From Octopus vulgaris (Eukaryota): a stretch of DNA of 64,000 nucleotides. Position 1 is the first letter of the stretch. Each line of letters starts with the position of its first letter. Where the stretch lies: assembly GCA_951406725.2 (NCBI GenBank), contig OX597829.1, forward strand, positions 13,144,001 to 13,208,000, read 5' to 3'. Shown here in pieces: positions 1 through 11,300 of this stretch. Below the pieces are notes generated by a model. That model did not search any database, was not told the origin of the DNA, and saw only the letters and a list, made by a program, of their open reading frames with translations. The position numbers and the translations under genes are program-made.

Positions 1-147
1 AAAAGGATGCCAACAACAATATTTTATATATAATTTGGAAGCAAAATGAAATATATTTTCAAGAGAAATGTGAGTTATCACTTATCGATAATAATCTGTA
101 AATATGAGCACAGGTTAGTAAAAAAATAACTATTATAACTAACTGTT

Positions 148-1170
148 TCAGTGAGATACATGACCTTGATGGAAAGAACAGAGATTTTGGATATTAGGTG
201 GAATAGTAGACAATAACACTCGCATTTCACAATTAAGCATTTTCAAATTTCCATGTTTTGATGCCTTTAAATTTGGCATTTCTGAAAAAGACGCTTCGCA
301 AATGTAAGTAGTAGAAAACGGCAAAAGAATTTGTAAAGCTTTTTTAGCCAGGTTTGGATGTTTCTTTGAAACACGAATCCAAATTTTCTGTAAGTTGCCT
401 TCTTTATAAATCAATAACAGACTCAGTTCATTCTTGATTTCAGCTAGTTATTTGGTAAGTGAGAAATGAATCGTTGCATTTGCCAGAAATGATTTCTGAT
501 CCAAGTAGTTTGGGATTTCAATATTTGGAATCAAGTTTTTCCCTAAGCAATGTTAAATGGTGTACAATTAACTAGTTGATCTCACATTTTAGCTCGCACT
601 CACAAGTTTTGGAAAACATTTCAAAATTTCCTTCTTTTTGCATTTCCAAATTATTATCTTGTCTCTCATAGAACAAATTTTATCAGCCGATGTTAAGATA
701 GTTTCTGCTTTTCCCTGTATACCTCCTTTAATTTTATTCAAATGTTCAAAATATGTCCGAAAGATATGCCAATTTGATGCACCAAAATTCGTCTTGAATC
801 AGATCGCACAATTCATTCTGTTGACTTTCTTTAAAAAGTTTAAGCATCATTTCTCTCGATTCACATACACGACAAAGCACACAACCTTTTGATAGCCAAC
901 AACACTATGTGTGTAGTAGACGTTTCTTGATATTTACTCCCATTTCTTAACAAATATGAGCAAATAATCTTCATTTAAGAGGTTAACTTTTGATGTAATT
1001 GACCTTTTGAACCACTTCGTTTTAACTTCGTAAATCATCTCCAACAGTTTGCGCAATTATTACTTCGCGATGCAAAAAACAATGAATAATTATAATATTT
1101 GTATTCACTTTTTTTTTTTACCAAAGTTGTAAAATCTTTTTACAGAACCTACCATTAATATTCCTACAGT
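148..1170 (-). pseudogene. Degraded hAT-superfamily (Charlie/Buster, ZBED5/FAM200-like) transposase, 3' portion
   Basis: ORF 148..414 has LAKKALQILLPFSTTYICEASFS...Q..SH, typical of the Charlie C-terminal dimerisation region. The minus strand also reads IIHCFLHRE (~1050-1090, CxxH motif) and EMG...LLHT*CCWLSKG (~885-945, cf. LLHTEVRWLSRG). Multiple stops and frameshifts. Confidence 0.85.
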
Positions 1171-1204
1171 CTGAGACAGTCTGGTGAAATAAGTATATTC
1201 ATCT

Positions 1205-1385
1205 CAGCAAGTTCAGTGGAATTGATATTTCGATGAAATCGACCTAGTGTTTAACTGGTACGTATTCTAGTGATTTTACGTAAAGCATTTTGCCTGGCAT
1301 ACCAGTTGATCACTTCGGTCGGTGTAATTGACTTAACCGATCCTCCGAAATTGCTGGCCTTTGCCAAAATTCGAATCCATTATTT
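1205..1385. mobile_element. SINE 3' fragments (cephalopod-type SINE family)
   Basis: accagttgatcac...gtaattgactta...gaaattgctggcctttgccaaaattcgaa resembles the SINE segments at 6695-6777, 39085-39295 and 54959-55189. Confidence 0.55.
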
Positions 1386-1629
1386 TTATGATATAATCAA
1401 ACATAAACAAGTTCTCAGATTAGGTTTAAACTACTCAATTCTTGGTAGTGTATTTGTATCATTGACTTAGCAATATGACTAGTCATCTTTATACATTAAC
1501 ACCATCCCATTTCAATTTCTGGGCCGTTGTAGGTATTCAAAGAGGTCATTGTGATTCTGACGAGTGTCCTTAAACTAAAGTAGAGTCCTTAAACTTAAAA
1601 CACAGTGCAATGAAGAATTACAAACGCCC

Positions 1630-2070
1630 TCAGACCCAACGCTATCACTACACCAACACTATAATACACCCTAACACACTACCATGCACCATACCAATAT
1701 TATATACGCAACACATATACCATCATACAGTACACAAACACTAGCACACACCACGCCAACACTACCATACACCAAACCATCACTAACATACTCTATATAA
1801 ACATTAGCATACATTACACCAGCACTGCCTTACAGCACACCAACACTACTATACAACACGCCATCACCATAAATACACAATGCTATCAATGGTATACACC
1901 ACATCTATACTAACATAGACCGCAATAACACTACCGTACACCACACTGACACAACCATACCCTACACCAAAATTAACATAGCCTACATAGAGATTAATAT
2001 ATGAAGACTACAACACACCACACCAACACTATCATATACCACACCGACACTACCATACTCCACAACAACA
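1630..2070 (-). repeat. Highly degenerate inverted relic of the 21-bp satellite
   Basis: Recurrent acaccaacactaccatacacc / acaccagcactgcc motifs match the reverse complement (AGCACTACCATACATCACACC) of the large array unit. Confidence 0.7.
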
Positions 2071-2504
2071 TATAAATAAATAAATTTACGTCAATGCTTT
2101 TGCCTCTGTCAGTGTATGGATGTGAAAATTTTGTCTGCTATTGGCGCATGTAGTCAGGCATCTCTGAAAGTGTGTGTATGCGTGTGTGCGTACACCTGTG
2201 TTTGTATGCGTTTGTGCGTATGCATGTATATATAATGTCTGCATCTGCAACAGGGCTCAAGGAAAATTATGCAACAATGTGGTGCAGTTTAAATCTAAAG
2301 GCCACAGGAATGTTGCACGTGTTACTCACCTGCTGAAGTAACATAGTTGACACTGCAATCCGACAGAACAGCCAGAAACCTTGTATAATCCTATATATTG
2401 TCTTCTATATACAACAACTAGATTTTCTCTGGAGCAAATGTTGTATTATAATACTTTAAAACTTCAAGGATTTTGCCATGTAATGCATCAGCTTATAACT
2501 TAAT

Positions 2505-2725
2505 GCTAATAATAATAGGAACAGTAATATTACTACAAATAATAATAGCTAACATTAGTAATGCTACTACTACTACTATTACTCCTAATCCTAATATTAC
2601 TATTAATCCTCCTCCGATTATTACTACTACTACTACTGCTGCTGTTACTACTACTATTGCTACTACAACTACTACTACTGTTGCTGGTACTTCTAGTAGT
2701 AGTAGTAGTAGTAGTAGTAGCAGTA

Positions 2726-2789
<64 letters not shown>

Positions 2790-2790
2790 T
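2505..2790. repeat. Compound trinucleotide microsatellite (TAC)n-(TAG)n-(TAA)n
   Basis: Direct reading. It generates the poly-T/poly-L/poly-N pseudo-ORFs. Confidence 0.95.
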
Positions 2791-3190
2791 TACCAGTGAA
2801 ATAATGAAAATTGACAGAAAAATCCGTAAGCCACTGACTTGTAATAAGATGCACAATCCAAAGGCAGGCGTGGATCGTCTTTACCTTCTCAGAGCTCAGG
2901 GACGTCGAGGTTTGATCCAGCTTGAACTTACATACAAAACCACCACAATCGGACTGGCCAAATACTTTGAAGCAACAAACAATTGGATGCTAAAACTTGT
3001 TGAAAAACATGAAAGACCGAAAAAACTTCACTTTGTTCTCAAAAGAGAACAAAACATTTGTTACTGATCTCTTAGATACCTACCAGATTGATTAGGGTGA
3101 AAGAAATGCACCAACTTATGCTGCAAAGAACATAAAATTAATTGCAAAGACAAAAGCACATGAAAAATTAGCTAGCAGATTGGAAAACAA
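2791..3190 (+). mobile_element. R4/Dong-clade non-LTR retrotransposon fragment A (post-RT region)
   Basis: KIDRKIRKPLTCNKMHNPKAGVDRLYL...GRRGLIQLE, paralogous to element C. Starts directly after (TAA)n. Confidence 0.8.
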
Positions 3191-4496
3191 GAAAAATAAT
3201 GACAGGATCTAGGATGCATCACCCAAAATCTGACATAGAAAGGCTATACATACAACGAATAGAAGGTGGTAGAGGCCTTATACAGATGCAAAACTACTAT
3301 AAAATAACCACCATAGGACTGCAAAAATGTCTACTTCAGAAGCAAGGGGAACTGATAGAAATAGACGCAAAACACGAGCAAAACAAAAAACTTTTCTGAG
3401 TATTTAAGGAAGCTGAGATATAATATAAACAAGAAATCATACTAACAAATATGAAGAAGAAGAAGAAGAAGAAGAAGAAGAAGAAGAAGAAGAAGAAGAA
3501 GAAGAAGAAGAAGAAGAAGAAGAAGAAGAAGAAGAAGAAGAAGAAGAAGAAGAAGAAGAAGAAGAAACAACAAAAGCTATAAAACAATTGAAAACAAAAC
3601 TAAAACTAGAACAGCAACGTATCATGATAAAACGATGGCAAGGAAAGCCCCTTCATGGTAAATACTGGACTAAACTAAACGCAAAAGAAATAGACAAAGA
3701 AAACTCCCAGCAATGATTGAAAAGCTCAAGACTCAAAGCAGAGACATAGGGATTTTTAATTGCAGCACAAGACCAAAGCCTCCCCACCAGAAATTACCAA
3801 AAACATGTAATGAAAAGAAATATAACAAGTAACTGCAGAATATGTGGAGATAGGACAAGAAACAATAAATCATATTATCTCTGGCTGCCCAGTCCTCGCT
3901 AAGAAGGAATATATTCTAAGACACGACAGAGTTGGGACCTACATACACTGGAAGCTATGCCAACATTATGGAATAACAACAGAAAAAGATGGTATAGACA
4001 CACACCAGAAAAGGTCACAGAAAACGAGAAAGCAACCATACTCTGGGATATGCCAATACACACAGATAGAGAAATTAAGGTCAACAGACCAGATATAGTT
4101 GTCAGAGATCACGAAGATAAAAAGATGCTTTCTAATTGAGTATCAATACCAGCAGATGACAACGTTTCTCTGAAAGAAATTGAGAAAGTTTCAAAATACA
4201 AAGATCTGGAAATAGGGGTAACTAGAATGTGGAATCTAAAAACAGAAACAAGCCCTATTATATTAGGTGCATTAGGCATGATAAAAAATATTCAGACAAA
4301 TACATAACAAAACCACCAGGACTTACGAACACATATAACATACAGAAAATTGCACTACTAGGCACTGCACACATCCTACGTAGAACACTTTCCATACAAT
4401 AACCATCAGAACATCACTACAAACCGCAGCACATACCCACGGCACACAGAGCTGCGCTCGGTAGTGAAGTGAAAGCACGATATAAAAATGAAACTA

Positions 4497-4500
<4 letters not shown>
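3184..4500 (+). mobile_element. R4/Dong-clade retrotransposon fragment B (5'-truncated; RLE endonuclease plus 3' UTR)
   Basis: MHHPKSDIERLY, WQGKPLHG, AAQDQSL.TRNY, CRIC..ETINHIISGC, RHDRV, RPDIVVRD, KYKDLE. Ends at (TAA)n. Confidence 0.88.
3453..3566 (+). repeat. (GAA)38 microsatellite inside fragment B
   Basis: Pure GAA run, in frame as poly-Glu with the downstream ETTKAIKQLKTKLK. Confidence 0.95.
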
Positions 4501-4573
<73 letters not shown>

Positions 4574-4615
4574 TAATAAATAATAATAATAATAATGATA
4601 ATAAATAATGATAAT

Positions 4616-4690
<75 letters not shown>
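4501..4690. repeat. (TAA)n microsatellite between elements B and C
   Basis: Direct reading. Confidence 0.95.
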
Positions 4691-4692
<2 letters not shown>

Positions 4693-6668
4693 GGATACTC
4701 AAGGCCCTTGAGATATACAAGATCTCTCCTGTCGTCTCAAAATTCTTAGAGAATAGCATGACCATGTGGAACACACGTCTCTTTCTAAGCCATAGTAATG
4801 GGATGAGCCAGTCCAACAGCATCAACATCAAACGAGGCATCTTTCAAGGTGACTCCCTCTCTCCATTACTTTTTTGCATGGCACTGATCCCACTCTCAAA
4901 CGAATTGGATAGTACCAGATATGGGTACAAAGTTTTTAGTAAGTTAATAAACCACCTTTTCTACATGGACGACCTAAAGCTGTTTGCCAGGAATGACCAA
5001 GAGCTAGAAGGGCTGCTAACAAATGTTAAAGAGTTTAGCAATGATATCGGAATGGATTTTGGCCTTGATAAGTGTGCTAAAGCAACTTTTGTAAGAGGCA
5101 AGCTCAGGCAAACAGCTTCTGTTAAATTAGATATTGACACTACCATCAAGGAACTTGACCCACAAGAAAGTTACAAATACCTAGGAATCAAGGAAGGAGA
5201 TGGTATACATCATGCTACTATGAAGGAAAAAATAAGAAAGGAATACTATAGGAGAATAAGGCTTGTACTGAAGACTGAACTCAACTCCAAAAATTGCATT
5301 GAGGCCATTAACACCTTGGCACTTCCAGTAGTCCAGTACAGTTTTAACATCATTAACTGGAACCTTACGGAACTCCAACGCTTGGAGAGAAAGACAAGAA
5401 AATTACTGACATCCAAGAGCATGCACCATCCTAAGGCAGATGTAGACCGCCTGGACCTACCTAGAAGCAGCGGGGGGGAGAGGAATGATGCAATTAGAGC
5501 TGTGCTATAAGACCTCTTCTGTAGGAATGAACAGGTACCTACCTAGTACAAAGGACTGGATGCTGCGACTTGTGTGCGAACACGAAAGCAGCAAAAAGCT
5601 ACATTCTATTGTCAAGGAAGCTTATAAGTTCGAAAGGGAACTAGACATTAACCTTGAATCAGATGAAGAGCCGGAAACCACTGCTACCAAGCAAGCAAAG
5701 CGAATCAAGCAGACTGCAAAAAGAACGGGCAGAATCAAATTGAGAGGCGGTGGAGTCAGAAGCCCCTGCATGGACAATATATTCTCCGAAGCCAAAATGC
5801 TGATGTAGACCAAGCAACAACCCATCAGTGGCTGAAGAGTTCTGGATTGAAAGCAGAGACTGAAGGCTTCATACTGGCAGCACAAGATCAAAGCTTGTTT
5901 ACCAGAAATTACCAGGCTAACGTTCTCCGAAACGGTACTGACCCTAAATGCAGATTCTGCGACACATTTGACGAAACGATAGACCATCTCGTTTCGGGAT
6001 GTCCTGTGCTGACACCAAACGAATACAAAAATCGCCACGATAGGGTAGGACAGTATATACATTGGAAGATATGTAAACACTACAAATTCGATACTCCTGC
6101 TAACTGGTATGAACACCATCCTCAGCCAGTTGTTGAAGGTAAAGATGTCACCATCCTCTGGGATTTTCCAGTCAACACTGACAGAATGATCAAGGCTAAT
6201 CGACCAGACATAATTGTTAAAGACAGGAAAGAAAATACCTGCAGACTAATAGAGGTAAGCGTCCCCACTGATAAAAATGTATCTGTAAAGGAATTTGACA
6301 AACTTAGTAAATATAAGGACCTGGAAATCGAAATACAAAAGATGTGGAATCTTAAAACAAAAACTGTTCCTGTTATTGTAGGTGCCCCAGGTATGATAAA
6401 AAAGGGATGTCAGAAACACCTAGACAATATCCCTGGAGAACCATGTCTCAAGGAAATCCAAAAGATTGTGCTAACAAGTACTGTCCACATCCTTAGAAAA
6501 ACCTATCAATGTAAATGTTTGTGTTTGTATTACATGGAGATATTTCTCTACTTCCCCTCCCCAAGCTTTCAGCTATATTTCAACAACTCTTAACCTTCAC
6601 TTGCCCTAGGGCGCTGGGTGTGCCCCGGCAAGTGATTGCATCAAACATGCAGATTAAAAGTAAATGAC
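4691..6668 (+). mobile_element. R4/Dong-clade retrotransposon fragment C (RT C-terminal half, CCHC, RLE, 3' UTR), frameshifted
   Basis: RT motifs GIFQGDSLSPLLF, HLFYMDDLKL, YKYLG; then LKAETEGFILAAQDQSL, CRFC..ETIDHLVSGC, RHDRV, RPDIIVKD, KLSKYKDL. TAA tail at ~6669-6692. Confidence 0.92.
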
Positions 6669-6777
6669 AATAATAATAATAATAATAATAAAATAGGTTT
6701 TAAATTTTCCAACAAGGAGAGCAATTTTGGGAGAGGTGATGTGTCGATTACATCGATCCCAGTGTTCAACTGGTACT

Positions 6778-6949
6778 CCTGCAAGATCATGTGCTGTTTA
6801 TCTTGATATGAGATCACCATGTCACGCACACATGGTTGTGATACATATGATTGGTGTACCCATATCAGACGGGTAGTCATGATGGGTATATTGGGCTTCG
6901 TATATTTTACCCCAGTGTCACTTTGTTGGCATGCACTGCTCTCTCACTC

Positions 6950-6950
<1 letters not shown>
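6778..6950 (+). mobile_element. 3' terminus of another TAA-tailed element (probable R4/Dong 3' UTR), preceded by an inverted SINE fragment (6695-6777)
   Basis: Non-coding segment ending ...ctctctcactca followed directly by (ATA)n, like the neighbouring elements. Confidence 0.5.
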
Positions 6951-6984
<34 letters not shown>

Positions 6985-6985
<1 letters not shown>

Positions 6986-7730
6986 CAGAAAACAAGATGG
7001 TTTGGATGACTAAATGTGATTTAAAACCAGAAACGAAGGGTCTAATTTGTGCTGCCCAAGAGCAAGCATTAAGAACCAATTACATCAAATACAGAATAGA
7101 CCAGAAAGTGATGTGTAGAATTTGTGGACAAAATGGTGAAAGCGTATCGTATATTACCAGCCAATGTATGCCACTAGTCCAGACAGAATATAAGAGACGT
7201 CATGACAATATAGTAATTGTGGATTTCACAGAGCAAAAAATTGGTACGAACATAAACCCGAAGGCATCATCGAAAAGGATAATGCAAAGATGCTATGGCA
7301 TTTTATGATTCAGTGTGATCATGAGATAGAGAGTAGGAAGCTGGACATAGTCTTAATTGAGAAAGAAAATAAACTATGCTGGATCATAGATATAGCATGC
7401 ACAGCTGACAACAAGGTATGTGATAAGGAAGAAGGAAAAGTCGATAGATATGACAGGTTAGCTTGGGAAGTTAAGCAGTTGTGGTCTATAAAAAGGTAGC
7501 AGTATTACCAATAATTGGAGCCCTGGGAAGAGTGAGTAAATCTATTGAGAAGTACATGGAACAAATCGGGACTGCAATAAGGGTGGAGCACTTGTAGAAA
7601 GCAACACTGCTTGGAACCGCTCCAATACTCCGAAAGGTGCTTGAAAAATAAGAGATGTTACCTTAGTTCACTGGTAGTGAACAACTGACACTGTAATACG
7701 TTTCCAGCGTTAGAAGCTGTGCAAAGGCAA
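6985..7730 (+). mobile_element. R4/Dong-clade retrotransposon fragment D (RLE domain plus 3' UTR)
   Basis: LKPETKGLICAAQEQALRTNY, CRICGQ..ESVSYITSQC, YKRRHDNI, RKLDIVLIEK..IIDIA. Flanked by TAA repeats on both sides. Confidence 0.85.
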
Positions 7731-8359
7731 TAATAATAATGATGATGATGACGACGACGACAACAACGACGGTGTACTCTCCCGTCGAAGACAAGTATGA
7801 GAGCTCAGCTTCTGGCGAAAGACCTACATAAATGATCTGTTTATAGTGATGCATGTGCCGTACATTACTTCGCAGTCTCCATCAAATCGACGTTGCCTGA
7901 ACAGGTACACGGTGTGCCAAGCGCACCTGTCGCAGTAATCGCAATTAAACATAATAATAATCTGTAAATATATCACGAAGAAATAATTAGTAAATATTTG
8001 AAATGCAAGACCCAGTATTATGTAGATATTTTTAAAAGTTTTATAAAATATCAGGCCGATCGGTTGACACCATCTGAGAGTTTAAAGCAAGTAACATGCT
8101 ACGTTCTAAAAGACAAGGTGAAGACGTAACGCAAGATCTAGAAACAGGAGCACCGGTTCTTTAAAAATATTATTGCACATACAATGTTACCGGAACTCCT
8201 ATGACATCTATGAAAGATGGAATGAAAAAACTATTTATTCTTTAATGCCTTTTTCGCCAAAACCAAAACTGCTGTCGATTAGCCCAGTGATAACTGACTT
8301 ACAGTGAAGTAAACTTTCAAATGATTTCTTCCGACTAGTTGAATGCAATGTATAATTCA

Positions 8360-11300
8360 GCATGGTTTGTGATAATACTGGTCTGGTGTATGATAATGTA
8401 AGTGTTCTGTATGGTAGTGCTAGTGTATAACAGTGTTGATGTGATGTATGGTGGTGTTGGTGTAGGGTATGGTAGTGTTGGTATGGTGTATGTTAGTGCT
8501 GGTGTGGAGTATGGTAGTGTTGGTGAGGTGCATGATACTGTGGTGTTGTGTATGGTAGTGTTGGTGTATGGTAATGTTGGTGAGGTGTATGATAGTAGTG
8601 GTGTGGTGTATAGCGGTGCTGGTGTGGTGTGTAGGGTAGAGTTGGTTTGGTGTATTGTAGTGTTGGTGAGATGTATGGTAGTTAGGTGTATGGGAGTGTT
8701 GGTGTGATTTATGGTAGTACTGGTGTGGTGTATGGTAGTGCTGGTGAAGTGTATTACATTGTGAGTGTTGCGTATCGTAGTGTTGGTGCGGAATACGGTA
8801 GTAATGGTGTGGTATGTGGTTTTTTTGGTGTGTTGTATAGTAGTATTGGTGAGATGTATGTCAATATGATGCATCGCAGAGATTGTGTTGTGTATAAAAA
8901 TGTCAGTGTTGTGTATGTTAGGGGTGTGGTATATGGTAGTGTTGGTGTGGTGTATGGTAGTGCTGGTGTGATGTATGGTGTGGTGTAGTGTTGATGTGGT
9001 GGATGGTAGTTGTTTGTGATGTTTAATAGGGTTGGAATGGTGTATGGTAGTGCTGGTGTGATGTATGGTAGTGCTGGTGAGGTGCATGGTAGTGCTGGTG
9101 TGATGTATGGTAGTGCTGGTGTGATGTATGGTAGTGCTGGTGTGATGTATGGTAGTGCTTCTGTGAAGTATGGTAGTGCTGGTGTGATGTATGGTAGTGC
9201 TGGTGAGGTGCATGGTAGTGCTGGTGAGGTGCATGGTAGTGCTGGTGTGATGTATGGTAGTGCTGGTGAGGTGCATGGTAGTGCTGGTGTGATGTATGGT
9301 AGTGCTGGTGTGATGTATGGTAGTGCTGGTGTGATGTATGGTAGTGCTGGTGTGATGTATGGTAGTGCTGGTGAGGTGCATGGTAGTGCTGGTGTGCTGT
9401 ATGGTAGTGCTGGTGTGATGTATGGTAGTGCTGGTGCGATGTATGGTAGTGCTGGTGTGATGTATGGTTGTGCTGGTGTGATGTATGGTAGTGCTGGTGT
9501 GATGCATGGTAGTGCTGGTGAGGTGCATTGTAGTGCTGGTGTGATGTATGGTAGTGCTGGTGTGATATATGGTAGTGCTGGTGTGATGTATGGTAGTGCT
9601 GGTGTGATGTATGGTAGTGCTGGTGTGATGTATGGTAGTGCTGGTGTGATGTATGGTAGTGCTGGTGTGATGTATGGTAGTGCTGGTGTGATGTATGGTA
9701 GTGCTGGTGTGATGTATGGTTGTGCTGGTGTGATGTATGGTAGTGCTGGTGTGATATATGGTAGTGCTGGTGTGATGAATGGTAGTGCTGGTGTGATGTA
9801 TGGTAGTGCTGGTGTGATGTATGGTAGTGCTGGTGTGATGTATGGTAGTGCTGGTGTGATGTATGGTAGTGCTGGTGTGATGTATGGTAGTGCTGGTGTG
9901 ATGTATGGTAGTACTGGTGTGATGTATGGTAGTGCTGGTGTGATGTATGGTAGTGCTGGTGTGATGCATGGTAGTGCTGGTGTGATGTATGGTAGTGCTG
10001 GTGTGATGTATGGTAGTGCTGGTGTGATGTATGGTAGTGCTGGTGTGATATATAGTAGTGATGGTGAGGTGCATGGTAGTGCTGGTGTGATGTATGGTAG
10101 TGATATATAGTAGTGATGGTGAGGTGCATGGTAGTGCTGGTGAGGTGCATGGTAGTGCTGGTGTGATATATAGTAGTGATGGTGAGGTGCATGGTAGTGC
10201 TGGTGTGATGTATGGTAGTGCTGGTGGGATGTATGGTAGTGCTGGTGTGATGTATGGTAGTGCTGGTGTGCTGTATGGTAGTGCTGGTGTGATGTATGGT
10301 ATTGCAGGTGTGATGTATGGTAGTGCTGGTGAGGTGCATGGTAGTGCTGGTGTGATGTATGGTAGTGCTGGTGTGATGTATGGTAGTGCGGGTGAGGTGC
10401 ATGGTAGTGCTGGTGTGATGAATGGTAATGCTGGTGTGATGTATGGTAGTGCTGGTGTGAAGTATGGTAGTGCTGGTGTGATGTATGATAGTGCTGGCGT
10501 GATGTATGGTAGTGCTTGTGTGATGAATGGTAGTGCTGGTGAGGTGCATAGTAGTGCGGGGGTGCTGTAGGGTAGTGCTGATGTAATGTATGATAGTGCT
10601 GGTGTGGTGCATGGTAGTGCTTGTGTGATGTATGGTAGTGCTGATGTAATGTATGATAGTGCTGGTGTGGTGCATGTTAGTGCTGGTGTGATACATGATT
10701 GTGCTGGTGTGATGTATGGTAGTGCTGGTGTGATGTATGGTAGTGCTGGTGTGATGTATGGTAGTGCTGGTGTGATGTATGGTAGTGCTGGTGTGATGTT
10801 TGGTAGTGCTGGTGTGATGTATGATAGTGCTGGTGTGATGTATGATAGTGCTGGTGTGATGAATGGTAGGGAAGGTGTGATGTATGGTAGTGCTGGTGAG
10901 ATGCATGGTAGTGTTGGTGTGATGTGTGGTAGTGTTTGTGTGATATATGGTAGTGCTGCTGTGAAGTATGGTAATGCTATTAAGGTGCATGGTAATGCTG
11001 GTGTGATGTATGTTAATGCTGGTGTGATGTATGGTAGAGCTGGGGAGGTGCATGGTAGTGCTGGTGTGATGAATGGTAGTGCTGGGGTGAGGTATGGTAG
11101 TGCTAGTATGCTGTATGATAGTGCTGGTGTGATGTATGGTAGTGCTGGTGTGATTGATGTAAGGTAGTGCTGGTGTGATATCTGGTTGTGCTGGTGTGAT
11201 GCATGGTAGTGCTGGTGAGGTGCATGGTAGTTCTGGTGTGATGTATGGTATTGCTGGTGTGATGTATGGTAGTGTTGGTGTATGGTGCATGGTAGTGCTG

